Below are positions 8,103 through 17,835 of a DNA stretch of 64,000 nucleotides, in pieces (position 1 is the first letter of the stretch; each line of letters starts with the position of its first letter). Below the pieces are notes generated by a model. The model did no database searches. It saw only the letters and a list, made by a program, of their open reading frames with translations, and was not told the DNA's origin. This DNA is from Patescibacteria group bacterium (GTDB lineage: Archaea > Nanobdellota > Nanobdellia > Pacearchaeales > GW2011-AR1): positions 116,363 to 180,362 of the forward strand of contig JAHYJW010000001.1 of NCBI GenBank assembly GCA_019428815.1, written 5' to 3'. Position numbers and translations under genes: made by a program.

Positions 8103-10691
8103 CTAAAATATATCCACCGAGTTAGGGTTATTCTCATTTTCTATTTTAGTGTCTTGATTTTCAATCTGATTTCCTTCTTTTTGGTTTTCTTCTGAATTCT
8201 CTGAATTTTGATCTGGATTTTGAATACCTGATGCTTCATCTGGATTTTCATTTTGAGACTCTTCTTGAGATGTATCTTGAGGCTCTTTTTGAGATGCATC
8301 TTGAGAACTAGGATTTTGTAATTCTGTTAATTCTCGATTTTCTACTACTTCTTGAGATTTTTCCAATTCTTCTTCAGGAGATTGAGGTTGAGGAGTTGAT
8401 TTTTCTAATTCCGACACATATTCTCCTATTTCAGAAGCTACATCGGCATTAAGGCTTAAACTGTCAATTCCTTTATCAAAAAGAAACTTTACCATCTCTT
8501 TTTTACTTCCCGCTTGTCCACAAACACTTGTTTCAATCCCTTTTTCTTTGCATAATTTTATTACATATTCAATTTGATTAAGAATTGCGGGATGCATCTC
8601 ATTGTAAATTTCTTGAACTTCTTCATTACCCCTATCAACCGCAAGAGTATATTGGGTTAAATCATTGGTTCCAAAAGAAATAAAATCAACTCCTTCTTCG
8701 CAAAGCTCTTTTATAATTTGAACAGAGGCAGGGGTTTCTATCATTATTCCAATTTTTGCATTATTAAAGCCTACTTGATTAACCAACTCTTTTAATTTTT
8801 TAACTTCTTCAACAGAAATTATCTGGGGTGCTAATATCCCAATTTTTTTACCTTGGTCTGATATTCTTTTCATTGCATTAAGCTCTGCTTTAAGAATTTC
8901 TGGATACTTTAAACTGTATCTTATTCCATGCATTCCTAACATTGGATTTGCTTCTACCTCTTTTGGAGAGCCCTCTAATTCCCGAAATTCATCACTTCTT
9001 ATATCTGAGGTTCTTACCCATATTTCTTCAAAATATTTTGCAATTTCATTTAGCCCATTAAAAATTATTCCTTCATACCCTCCAATATCATTTTTTTCTA
9101 AGAAGTATTGGGGATGTTTTCCAGATTCAGCGATTATTCCCTCAAGTCTTGCAAGTCCTACACCTTTTAAATTTGTTTTAGATGCTCTTTCTGCAAAGCT
9201 AGGTAAATCTACTAAAACTTTTAACTTTGTTCTGGTTGTTACTGTTACAGGTTTAATCTCTTTTTGAACATTCTCTGAAACTTTTCCTCTGTAAATTTTT
9301 CCGTCAAATCCATTAACAGTAATTATTTCTCCGTCTTGTAATATGCTTGTTGCCTTTTCAGTTCCAACAATTGCAGGGATCCCCATTTCTCTTGAAACAA
9401 TAGAAGCATGTGCGGTTAAACCTCCTTCGTCTGTTACAATTGCAGAACATTTTTTCATTGTTACAACCATATCTGGATTTGTCATTTTAGTAACTAAAAT
9501 ATCCCCCTCTATTATTTTCTTTAAATCTTCCATCTCTCCGATTATTCTTACATTTCCAGAAGCGATTCCTGGAGATGCTGCAAGACCTTTAAGAATTACT
9601 TCTCCTTCAATTTCTTTTTCTAAACCTACCTCCATTCTTTTTTCAATAGTAGTTATAGGTCTTGTTTGAACAATAAAGATTTTACCCCCTTCTATTGCAA
9701 ATTCAATATCTTGAGGTTTTTGGTAATGTTCTTCAAGTTTTAATGCAATTTCTGCTAGAATTTTTATTTCGTAGTCTGTTAGAGCTTGTTGTTTGGATTT
9801 TTCCTCTTTTAATTCCACAATTTCCTCTTTTCCAGAAGAATCTCTTGTAAATGCTATTTTTTTTGTCCCGATTTCTTTATTTTTTATTTTGAGTACCTCC
9901 TCTTCTTTGAGAACAATGTAAGTATCGGGGGTAATTTGACCAGAAACAATCCCTTCCCCTAATCCAAATACTGCTTCAATTATTATATCATCTCTTTTTA
10001 GGGTTGGATCTTTAGAAAAAATAACCCCAGATCTATCTGAATCTACCATTTTTTGCACTATTACAGATAAACTGGCTTCTTCATGTTTGAAACCTTTTTG
10101 ATTTCTATAGTATGTTGCTCTTGGTGTAAATAAAGAAGAGAAACATCTTTTTACCTTGCTTAAGAGTTCTTTTCCCCCTCTAACATTTAAAAAAGTCTCT
10201 TGTTGACCTGCAAAACTAGCTTCTGCTAAATCTTCCATTGTTGCAGAACTTCTAACAGCGACAAAAGATTCTTCTTTAATAGAAGGGCCTTTACTAATCA
10301 TCTCATAGGCTGGCTGATTTTTTAATTCAGCATCCTCGGTTCCTAGAATTTCATATGCCTCAAGAATTTCTTCTTCCATCTCCTTAGGTAAGGGAGAATT
10401 TTCAATCAAACTACGAATTTCTTTTGTCACATTATTTAACTGATCTGTATCTTCATAATTGATCTTTTCTAATAGCTCTTTAATCTTTTCTTTTATCCTG
10501 CTTTTTTCAATAAAATAGTCATATGCTTGGGCAGTAATAGCAAATCCAGGTGGAACAGGAATTTTAATATTGTAAATTTCCCCTAAGTTTGCACCCTTTC
10601 CTCCAGCAACATTTCCGGAGTTTTTGTTTAATTCAGAAAACCATTTTATTAGGTCTGGTCTTTCTCGATTTACCCCTTTTTCCTCAGTCAT
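8103..10691 (-). CDS. ppsA: Phosphoenolpyruvate synthase (pyruvate, water dikinase) with an acidic low-complexity C-terminal tail
   Basis: 862 aa. GGKGANLGE ATP-grasp start, phosphohistidine swivel GGLTAHASIVSREMGIPAIVG, PEP-utilising TIM barrel FISFGTNDLTQYTLAVDR. Confidence 0.9.
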   Translation of the reverse strand: MTEEKGVNRERPDLIKWFSELNKNSGNVAGGKGANLGEIYNIKIPVPPGFAITAQAYDYFIEKSRIKEKIKELLEKINYEDTDQLNNVTKEIRSLIENSPLPKEMEEEILEAYEILGTEDAELKNQPAYEMISKGPSIKEESFVAVRSSATMEDLAEASFAGQQETFLNVRGGKELLSKVKRCFSSLFTPRATYYRNQKGFKHEEASLSVIVQKMVDSDRSGVIFSKDPTLKRDDIIIEAVFGLGEGIVSGQITPDTYIVLKEEEVLKIKNKEIGTKKIAFTRDSSGKEEIVELKEEKSKQQALTDYEIKILAEIALKLEEHYQKPQDIEFAIEGGKIFIVQTRPITTIEKRMEVGLEKEIEGEVILKGLAASPGIASGNVRIIGEMEDLKKIIEGDILVTKMTNPDMVVTMKKCSAIVTDEGGLTAHASIVSREMGIPAIVGTEKATSILQDGEIITVNGFDGKIYRGKVSENVQKEIKPVTVTTRTKLKVLVDLPSFAERASKTNLKGVGLARLEGIIAESGKHPQYFLEKNDIGGYEGIIFNGLNEIAKYFEEIWVRTSDIRSDEFRELEGSPKEVEANPMLGMHGIRYSLKYPEILKAELNAMKRISDQGKKIGILAPQIISVEEVKKLKELVNQVGFNNAKIGIMIETPASVQIIKELCEEGVDFISFGTNDLTQYTLAVDRGNEEVQEIYNEMHPAILNQIEYVIKLCKEKGIETSVCGQAGSKKEMVKFLFDKGIDSLSLNADVASEIGEYVSELEKSTPQPQSPEEELEKSQEVVENRELTELQNPSSQDASQKEPQDTSQEESQNENPDEASGIQNPDQNSENSEENQKEGNQIENQDTKIENENNPNSVDIF

Positions 10692-10830
10692 AATCCTAAA
10701 AAAATATATGAGTTAATAAATGTTTTCTTTAAACTTAAATTTTAAGAAAAAAAAACAAATAAAATCAAAATAAATTCTCTAAAACAAAAATTTATAAGTT
10801 AAAATTCTTTTTAAAAAATTAAGAGGTTCA

Positions 10831-11796
10831 ATGATAGAATATCTTTTTTTTGTTTTAGGAATTGCCTTTTTAATAAAGGGAGCAGATTATTTAGTAGAAG
10901 GATCGTCTTCACTTGCTAAAAAATTAGGGGTTTCAAATTTAGTTATTGGTTTAACTATTGTGGCATTTGGGACATCTATGCCAGAACTAGTTGTCAATGT
11001 ACTTTCCTCTATTAAGGGCACTGGAAATATTGCACTTGGTAACATTATTGGGAGCAATATCTCAAACATTCTTTTAATTTTAGGAATTGTTGCATTAATT
11101 ACCAATCTTAAGGTTCAACATTCCACAACTTGGAAAGAGATCCCCTTTTCTTTTCTTTCTGTAATTGTTCTTTTTATTTTTTCTAGTGTTTATTTCTTAG
11201 ATAAGATTAACATAAGTTATCTTTTAAGAACAGAGGGAATAATTCTATTACTCTTTTTTATGATATTTCTTTATTATGTTTTTGAACTAGCTAAAAGAAA
11301 AAAGTCAGAATTAGAGAAGAAAAAAATTGTGATTAAAGAACGTTCAGGATTAACAATACTGCTTATGATTGTTGGGGGATTGGTTGGGTTGTATCTTGGA
11401 GGAAGATGGACAGTTAATGGTGCAATTTCAATTGCCCAATCTTTAGGTCTCAGTGAATTTTTAATCTCTGCAACAGTTATTGCTATTGGAACTTCTTTAC
11501 CCGAATTGGTTACTTCGATCAAAGCCGCATTAAAACAAAATGTTGATTTAGCTGTGGGAAATATTGTGGGAAGTAACATTTTTAATATTTTTTGGGTTTT
11601 GGGAGTAACAGCTGTAATAAGGCCTATACCAATACCTAGGTTTGCATTTATTGACATAGGAATTTTATTATTTGTTACAGGAATCTTGTTCCTATTTATG
11701 TTTGTTGGAAAAAAACATCAATTAGATAAATGGCAAGGAGCATTATTTGTTTTGATGTATATCTCTTATTTAATCTTTTTAATCATTAGAGGATAA
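10831..11796 (+). CDS. Na+/Ca2+ exchanger family (CaCA, YrbG-like) membrane protein
   Basis: Two alpha-repeats: GTSMPELVVNV...GNIIGSNISNILLILG and GTSLPELVTSI...GNIVGSNIFNIFWVLG. Confidence 0.85.
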   Translation: MIEYLFFVLGIAFLIKGADYLVEGSSSLAKKLGVSNLVIGLTIVAFGTSMPELVVNVLSSIKGTGNIALGNIIGSNISNILLILGIVALITNLKVQHSTTWKEIPFSFLSVIVLFIFSSVYFLDKINISYLLRTEGIILLLFFMIFLYYVFELAKRKKSELEKKKIVIKERSGLTILLMIVGGLVGLYLGGRWTVNGAISIAQSLGLSEFLISATVIAIGTSLPELVTSIKAALKQNVDLAVGNIVGSNIFNIFWVLGVTAVIRPIPIPRFAFIDIGILLFVTGILFLFMFVGKKHQLDKWQGALFVLMYISYLIFLIIRG

Positions 11797-12014
11797 TCAG
11801 TAAAATCTAGAAATAAAAAAATGATTATTCTTTATTCGGATTATTCTTTATTGGATCTTATTCTTTTTATTAAAACTTTTATTGAATCTTTTAATTTTTT
11901 AAGGTTTTAATTATAGTAACTTCTAAAATTTTAAAATTTGTATTTTAGTGCCAAGAGAGAACATTTTTAAAGTTTGGATTTTAATCTAAATAGTAAATTA
12001 AAAATATTCTAAAA

Positions 12015-13061
12015 ATGAATCCTAAATCAAATCCTAGCTCAAACCCTTCTTACAGGGGGAGAGGATTTAAAGCAAGAGGGGTAACTCCAATTAGGACTAA
12101 TTCTCAGGCAAATGTTAGTAAATCACATAAGACAAGAAATTTTAATAGAAAACCTTTATCAGGGGGATTTAAAGCAAGAGCTGATTCTTCAAGAAGTTCT
12201 CTTTACAACCCTAATGCTAGTTTATCTAAAAGTCTTATTCTTGCAATAGGCGGGGTTTCTTTAATTATAATCCTTCTTTTAGTTTCTATTATCTTTGGAA
12301 TTTTGGGAGACGTGCCTCCCTTTTTCCCAGGAAATAATAATACTGGAGGAACTGGGGGAACAGGGGGTACTGGTGGAGGTGGAGGAACTGGAGATACAGG
12401 CGATACCGGAAATGGAGATAACAATGGGACCGGGACAGGTGGAACAGGGGGTACTGGTGGAGGTGGAGGAACATCTACTACTTTAATGGGTCTTTTTTCA
12501 CATTTTTTAACAGGAATGATAACTGGTGGAGATTCTGGAACTCCGATTTATTATAATGATGGTTGGGTTGGAATTGGAACATCTAATCCAAGGAATACTC
12601 TTAATGTTGTGGGTTCTTTTAATGCAACTGGTTCGATTTTTATGGGAGGTATTAATTGTCTAGATAAGAATAAAATCCTATCGATAAGTCCTAATGGCCA
12701 ATTATCTTGTGTTGATATTTCTGATCAATTAAAAGATTTAAACTTTGTTTCTGGAACAGGCACCTGGGGAAAATTAGCTTTTTGGAATGGAACAAATTCT
12801 ATCAATAGCGATGTATATCTTAATTGGAATCCCTCATCTCAAAAATTAGGTGTAGGAGTTTCTAATCCTGTCACAACAGTGCATCTTAAAGAAACATTAA
12901 AAATAAATCCTTTGGATGGTCCACCTTTTACTTGTTCTTCAACTTATACTGGAACGTTATACGTTAAATTTGAAGCCCTTTGTTATTGTGATGGAACAAA
13001 TTGGATTGCAATAGTTGGTACACGGAATTGTGCACAATCTGGCCATGAAACTCCCCAATAA
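12015..13061 (+). CDS. Membrane-anchored Gly/Thr-rich protein with a fibre-like C-terminal domain
   Basis: Basic N-terminus, TM helix LILAIGGVSLIIILLLVSIIFGIL, (TGG)n/GDTG tract, then WVGIGTSNPRNTLNVVG-type motif. Confidence 0.55.
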   Translation: MNPKSNPSSNPSYRGRGFKARGVTPIRTNSQANVSKSHKTRNFNRKPLSGGFKARADSSRSSLYNPNASLSKSLILAIGGVSLIIILLLVSIIFGILGDVPPFFPGNNNTGGTGGTGGTGGGGGTGDTGDTGNGDNNGTGTGGTGGTGGGGGTSTTLMGLFSHFLTGMITGGDSGTPIYYNDGWVGIGTSNPRNTLNVVGSFNATGSIFMGGINCLDKNKILSISPNGQLSCVDISDQLKDLNFVSGTGTWGKLAFWNGTNSINSDVYLNWNPSSQKLGVGVSNPVTTVHLKETLKINPLDGPPFTCSSTYTGTLYVKFEALCYCDGTNWIAIVGTRNCAQSGHETPQ

Positions 13062-13155
13062 TTTTGAAATTAGAATTTCTTTAATTCAAAAGTTTGAATA
13101 AGAGAGTATCTAATCTGAGAATTTTAAAATTTTCTTTTTGGAGTAATTTGAGACA

Positions 13156-13165
13156 TTTTATAAAT
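13156..13165 (+). promoter_or_regulatory. TATA-box-like ttttataaat, about 25 nt upstream of the ATG at 13186
   Basis: Sequence and spacing. Confidence 0.4.
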
Positions 13166-13185
13166 CCCCCTTAATTATATTTTCT

Positions 13186-14328
13186 ATGGGATTCATAAAG
13201 GGGGCATTACTATCTCTTACAACCTTTTTACTCTTCATAACCATACTTTTGAGCATTGTTTTTTTTACTATGTCTTTTTCATTAAAATATGAAAATTTTG
13301 AAGATGAGTTTATATTGGTTGTTGAAAATTTAACTGATGGGAAGTTTAACCTTGTTGATGAAAATTTTGATTTGAAAAAAGATTTAAGTCCTTTTTTAGA
13401 ACCTATGATTCTTTATTGTGAAAATCTTGAAGAAAACTTAAGCTCATATACAAATACAAGTAACCTTTCTGGAGACCTCTCTCAAAATCTTTCTTTGGGT
13501 ATGTTTGAAAATTCTTCTGAAAATTCTTCTGAAAATAATCCTACAGTTTATGTATTCTCAACAGGGGGTTATATTTTTAGTTTTCCTTGTAATATTTTAG
13601 ACAATGGGGAAGGAGAAGAAAATCTCACAGATAGAATTAAAAATAAGGCTGTTTCAGATATAAGCCAGCAAGTTTATTATGCTGATTATGGGTGTGGTTT
13701 TTGGGATTGTTTTAAGGGTGCTGGAATCTCTTTTTTTAGAAAAGGTACTGAAGGATGGAGAGGAACTCTTTTTCTTGTTTCAGAAAAAGCAAGAAATTAT
13801 TGGAATGAAAAATTTTATTCTCTTTTAACATTTATTCTTATCCTTTTAGCTGCGACATTTGTTTTTACTAAACAAAAAATCAATACTCTGTCTATTCCCG
13901 GATTGATTCTTATTTCCTCTTCTTTTATACTTCTTTGGGCTAAAAAGAAATTGGAGGGGGTTACAATAAGTTACCTGATGTTTGTAAACGTCTTTCTTAA
14001 TAAAACCCCTATTGTCTTTAAACTAACTTTACTTTTAGGAATATCTTTTTTAATACTATGGTTATTTCTTTTAATTTGGAGATCTGAGTTATCAAAAAGA
14101 AAGTTTTCTAAGAGAGAAGTTATGGAGATTCTTAAAACAGAACTTAGTAAAATGAACCCTAAAAATCATTTTAAAAAAAATAAGAAAGTCTTGGGTAATT
14201 CGGAAAACTCTAAAAATTCAGAAAATTTAAATGCTAATTTAGATTCAAATAAGAATCAAGAGGAGTCTTTTAAGTCTAAGGATAAAACAAAAGATAATAA
14301 CCCCAAGCCCAAAGATAACAAAAAATAA
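13186..14328 (+). CDS. Multi-pass membrane protein, hypothetical, basic/Asn-rich tail
   Basis: 380 aa. N-terminal TM helix, extracytoplasmic domain, 3-4 C-terminal TM helices, KNSENS/KPK-rich tail. Confidence 0.5.
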   Translation: MGFIKGALLSLTTFLLFITILLSIVFFTMSFSLKYENFEDEFILVVENLTDGKFNLVDENFDLKKDLSPFLEPMILYCENLEENLSSYTNTSNLSGDLSQNLSLGMFENSSENSSENNPTVYVFSTGGYIFSFPCNILDNGEGEENLTDRIKNKAVSDISQQVYYADYGCGFWDCFKGAGISFFRKGTEGWRGTLFLVSEKARNYWNEKFYSLLTFILILLAATFVFTKQKINTLSIPGLILISSSFILLWAKKKLEGVTISYLMFVNVFLNKTPIVFKLTLLLGISFLILWLFLLIWRSELSKRKFSKREVMEILKTELSKMNPKNHFKKNKKVLGNSENSKNSENLNANLDSNKNQEESFKSKDKTKDNNPKPKDNKK

Positions 14329-14393
14329 ATAACAAAAAATAAACTGATTATAAACATCTAAAGAATGTTCTTTTTAATTTTCTTAAATTAAGA

Positions 14394-16445
14394 TTATCCC
14401 TTATCTTTCTTTTCTCTTTCTAAAAACTTTTTTATAAATCTTTTATATTCTTCAGAATCTTTTTTTATTTCTTTTATGGTGTAATATTCTAGATTATCTT
14501 TCTCTTGTTTTTCGGTTTTTACTCTACTTCTGATTCTTTCATTCATCTTTTCACTTATTAATATGTCTTCTTGTGCTAAAGAAGATATTTTTTTTGTTGA
14601 AGTCATTAGATTACCTAAACTCATAAACTTAAAGACCCCTTTTTCTAATTTGGCGACAATTGCTCCATAGGTTAAAGATATCCCAAAGCTTATTCTTTGT
14701 TTGAATAATTTATTATGTTGAAGGATTATTTCTTTAGCTTTCTGAGCTATTTCTAAGGCTAAGTTTTCATTACTGAATGTTCTCGTTTTAATAGGAGAGA
14801 TTATTAAGAATATGGTGTTATGGCTTTCATAGGTTATTACCTTATGTTCTTCTGAAAAATCAACAATTTTCTGAAGAGTTTCTTTTGCATTCCCGTCTTT
14901 TAATTGATTTTCTTTTATGTTTTTTATATTAATTGCAACAATGTTCACATTTTGTTTTTCACCTTTTATAGAAAGAGAAATCTCTGCAGGGTTTTTGCTA
15001 TTTATTAAGTTACCTTCATAAGAATTTACTTTTTCATTTGGTTTTTCCTTAACTTTTTTATCACCCTTTTTACCCCTTTCTTTTTTTACTCTGGATTTTA
15101 TGTAACCAATAAAAGTTCTTTGATATCCTTTTTTTATCATTATAAATACAACAAAAGCTAATAAAAAAGTGGTAAAAATCCAGATTAAGGAGTGTTGTAA
15201 AATAAGAGGAGTCCCTGAAATTTCTTGTATGTCTATTACTTTTCCTGTAAGGGCTATGTTCATTAATTCATTATAATCCCCCGAGACAATCTCCAGTGTA
15301 TAATTTCCGTCTGGGGCACTTAACATATACTTCTGGCTTTTACCTATTCCCAATATGATGTCTAAAGTTAAAGTCTCATTTCCAATATTTATAACTGATT
15401 TTTTTTCATAAGGGACATTCCCAACATTAGTGATAATCATTATTCTGCCTATTATTTCGATGCTAATCTCTTCATTTTCAACAATCTTAAAATTTGATTC
15501 TTTAATGAATTCTTCAGAAGAAGCGATTACACTCCAAGATTCAGGCAATTCATTTTTCGCAATCCAAAAATCAAAAAACTCATCTGTTTGGACCATAGTT
15601 TCTTTAACTATCTTATTATTCCTATCTTTTATAGATAACTTAACATCAGAAATAATCTTTTCTCCAGTTTGATCATGTAATATAGCTTTAACTCTCAAAT
15701 TTGACCCTGGTTTGACTTCTTTTGATTCGAAGAATATTTCCAAACTTGTAGGAATTTGGGGTATACTTATTCCTTGATCAAATATCCCTTGGTTCGTTAT
15801 TTTACCCGAATTATCTACTTCATAAGCTTTTAATCTTAAGATATAACTCCTTGCGGGCATATTTTGAGGTAGATTAATGTTAAAAGAAAAAATTCCATTA
15901 TTAACTGTCTCAGATTGATTTAAAAATATCTCCCCTTCTTTTAGAATTGTTGCTTCTATAAACCCATTAGCAGAATTTCCTGTTTCTTTATTTACTTGAC
16001 CCTCAACAAAAAAAGTTTCTCCGGGATTAAATTCTTTTATAGAAAGCTCTGTATTGAGTATTAATTTATCCGAAATCTTGAATTCCTCTGTTAAAACATA
16101 ATCATTACCAATATATGCCTTTATTCTACAATTCCCTTTTAATTCTCCAATAACTTCATTTATCAGAACCAATGAGGATTCTATTCTTTTTTCTTCCCCT
16201 GAAGCAAGTTGAACCCCGTCTCTAAAAAAATTAGTTTGAGATCCACCACAAATTAGGTCCATATTAAAAAAACCAGAAATCCCGCTTATTGTTTTTATTA
16301 CTACCGGGGTAGAAATCACTTCCCCTAGGTTATAAATTTGTTGGGGTTGTTGGCTGATTATTACTTGTGAAGAAGCTAAAGGAAGAATAAATGAAAATAT
16401 TAATACAAAAAATAGTACCCTCAATAATTTATTTTTTTTCTCCAT
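14394..16445 (-). CDS. Single-pass membrane protein: large extracellular beta-rich domain plus a cytoplasmic degenerate nucleotide-cyclase-like domain
   Basis: Signal peptide LLRVLFFVLIFSFILPLASS, TM helix SLIWIFTTFLLAFVVFIMI. The C-terminus (NVNIVAINIKNI...RISFGISLTYGAIVAK...FMSLGNLMTSTKKISSLAQEDILISEKM) is laid out like a class III cyclase domain but lacks the metal-binding Asp residues. Confidence 0.5.
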   Translation of the reverse strand: MEKKNKLLRVLFFVLIFSFILPLASSQVIISQQPQQIYNLGEVISTPVVIKTISGISGFFNMDLICGGSQTNFFRDGVQLASGEEKRIESSLVLINEVIGELKGNCRIKAYIGNDYVLTEEFKISDKLILNTELSIKEFNPGETFFVEGQVNKETGNSANGFIEATILKEGEIFLNQSETVNNGIFSFNINLPQNMPARSYILRLKAYEVDNSGKITNQGIFDQGISIPQIPTSLEIFFESKEVKPGSNLRVKAILHDQTGEKIISDVKLSIKDRNNKIVKETMVQTDEFFDFWIAKNELPESWSVIASSEEFIKESNFKIVENEEISIEIIGRIMIITNVGNVPYEKKSVINIGNETLTLDIILGIGKSQKYMLSAPDGNYTLEIVSGDYNELMNIALTGKVIDIQEISGTPLILQHSLIWIFTTFLLAFVVFIMIKKGYQRTFIGYIKSRVKKERGKKGDKKVKEKPNEKVNSYEGNLINSKNPAEISLSIKGEKQNVNIVAINIKNIKENQLKDGNAKETLQKIVDFSEEHKVITYESHNTIFLIISPIKTRTFSNENLALEIAQKAKEIILQHNKLFKQRISFGISLTYGAIVAKLEKGVFKFMSLGNLMTSTKKISSLAQEDILISEKMNERIRSRVKTEKQEKDNLEYYTIKEIKKDSEEYKRFIKKFLEREKKDKG

Positions 16446-16634
16446 ATTCCTGATGTTAATCCAAAATCGAGATTATTTATAAATATTGTTAAACTATTGT
16501 TAGGTTTAAGGATTTAAATGATTTTAGACTTTTAATCAAAAATCTCCCTTTTTTGTTATTTTGTTGTTAAATCTAAATCTTAATTTTTTTATTTTCCCAG
16601 ATAGTTTTAAAAGATTGAACAACTTTGTGTAATC

Positions 16635-17711
16635 ATGAACTTAGAATTACTTGAAGAAGATAATAAGAAATTAGTAAATAAATTTGGAGCTAGCGCTATG
16701 TCAAAATTTAAAGAGCAAGTGGATTTTTATACATTTAAAAATAAGTTAGTTTATTCTCATAGAGACTTTGATAAGTTTCTTTTATCTCTAAAAAAAGGAG
16801 AAAAATGTGCTATTGTTTCAGGATTAAACGCTTCAGGAACATTACACCTGGGTCATAAGCCTGTTTTTGATACTAATCTTTTTTTTCAAAAAAAATATGG
16901 CATTCCGGTTTATATTCCCCTTTCAGATGATGAAAGTTATGTTGCGGGAAAAGTAAAAGACCAGAAGGAATCTTTAGCTAATTCTTTAGAACTTGCAAGA
17001 GAACTCATAGCTTATGGTTTTGATCCAAATAAGACTTATTTTATAATTGATCAAATCTATACAAATATTTATAATTTAGCAATAAAACTTTCAAAAAAGG
17101 TAAACTTATCTGAGATTAAAGCAACTTATGGTTATAAAAACGAAGAAAATATAGGGTTACATTTTTATCCTTCTGTTCAGTCTGCTCATATTCTTCTTCC
17201 AGAAGAGGATTATGGAATAAAGAATGTTCTTGTTCCTATAGGTCCTGATGAAGATGCCCATATTAGGATTTCTAGGGATATCTCTAGAAGAGCAGGATAT
17301 AGACTTCCTTCAATATTACACCTATTCTTTTTGCCTGGAATTGATGGTACCAAGATGTCTAAAACTAAAAATAATGCGATATTTTTTAAGGATTCTCCTG
17401 AAGTTATAAAGAAGAAAGTAAACAAGGCATTTTCAGGAGGAAGAGATACTGCAGAAGAACAAAGAAAATACGGGGGAGATCCTGATAAAGACGTTTCAAT
17501 TTTTTATTTAACAAAACTTTTTTTAGATGAAAAAGAAGGAAAAAAGATTGTTGAAGATTATAAATCTGGGAAAATTATGTCTGGAGATGTTAAAAAGAAA
17601 CTTTATAACTTTTTGATTGATTTTACAGAAAACTTTCAGAAAAAATTAAAAAAGACAAGTTTAAAAGATGTAGAAAAATGCATCCTTAAGAATAAGGATT
17701 TTAAAATTTAG
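16635..17711 (+). CDS. trpS: Tryptophanyl-tRNA synthetase, archaeal/eukaryotic type
   Basis: HIGH-type GTLHLGH, LSDDESYV, KMSKT, AFSGGRDTAEEQRKYGGDPDKDV. Confidence 0.85.
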   Translation: MNLELLEEDNKKLVNKFGASAMSKFKEQVDFYTFKNKLVYSHRDFDKFLLSLKKGEKCAIVSGLNASGTLHLGHKPVFDTNLFFQKKYGIPVYIPLSDDESYVAGKVKDQKESLANSLELARELIAYGFDPNKTYFIIDQIYTNIYNLAIKLSKKVNLSEIKATYGYKNEENIGLHFYPSVQSAHILLPEEDYGIKNVLVPIGPDEDAHIRISRDISRRAGYRLPSILHLFFLPGIDGTKMSKTKNNAIFFKDSPEVIKKKVNKAFSGGRDTAEEQRKYGGDPDKDVSIFYLTKLFLDEKEGKKIVEDYKSGKIMSGDVKKKLYNFLIDFTENFQKKLKKTSLKDVEKCILKNKDFKI

Positions 17712-17835
17712 AATTCAATTTTTAATGTTTAATTAAAATTCAATTTTCGTTTTTTTGATATTTTGTCTATTTAATCCCTTTTTATGAGGTTTTTGTTTTA
17801 AATAATTTTTTAAACTTGATTTCCTTAATTTTAAA

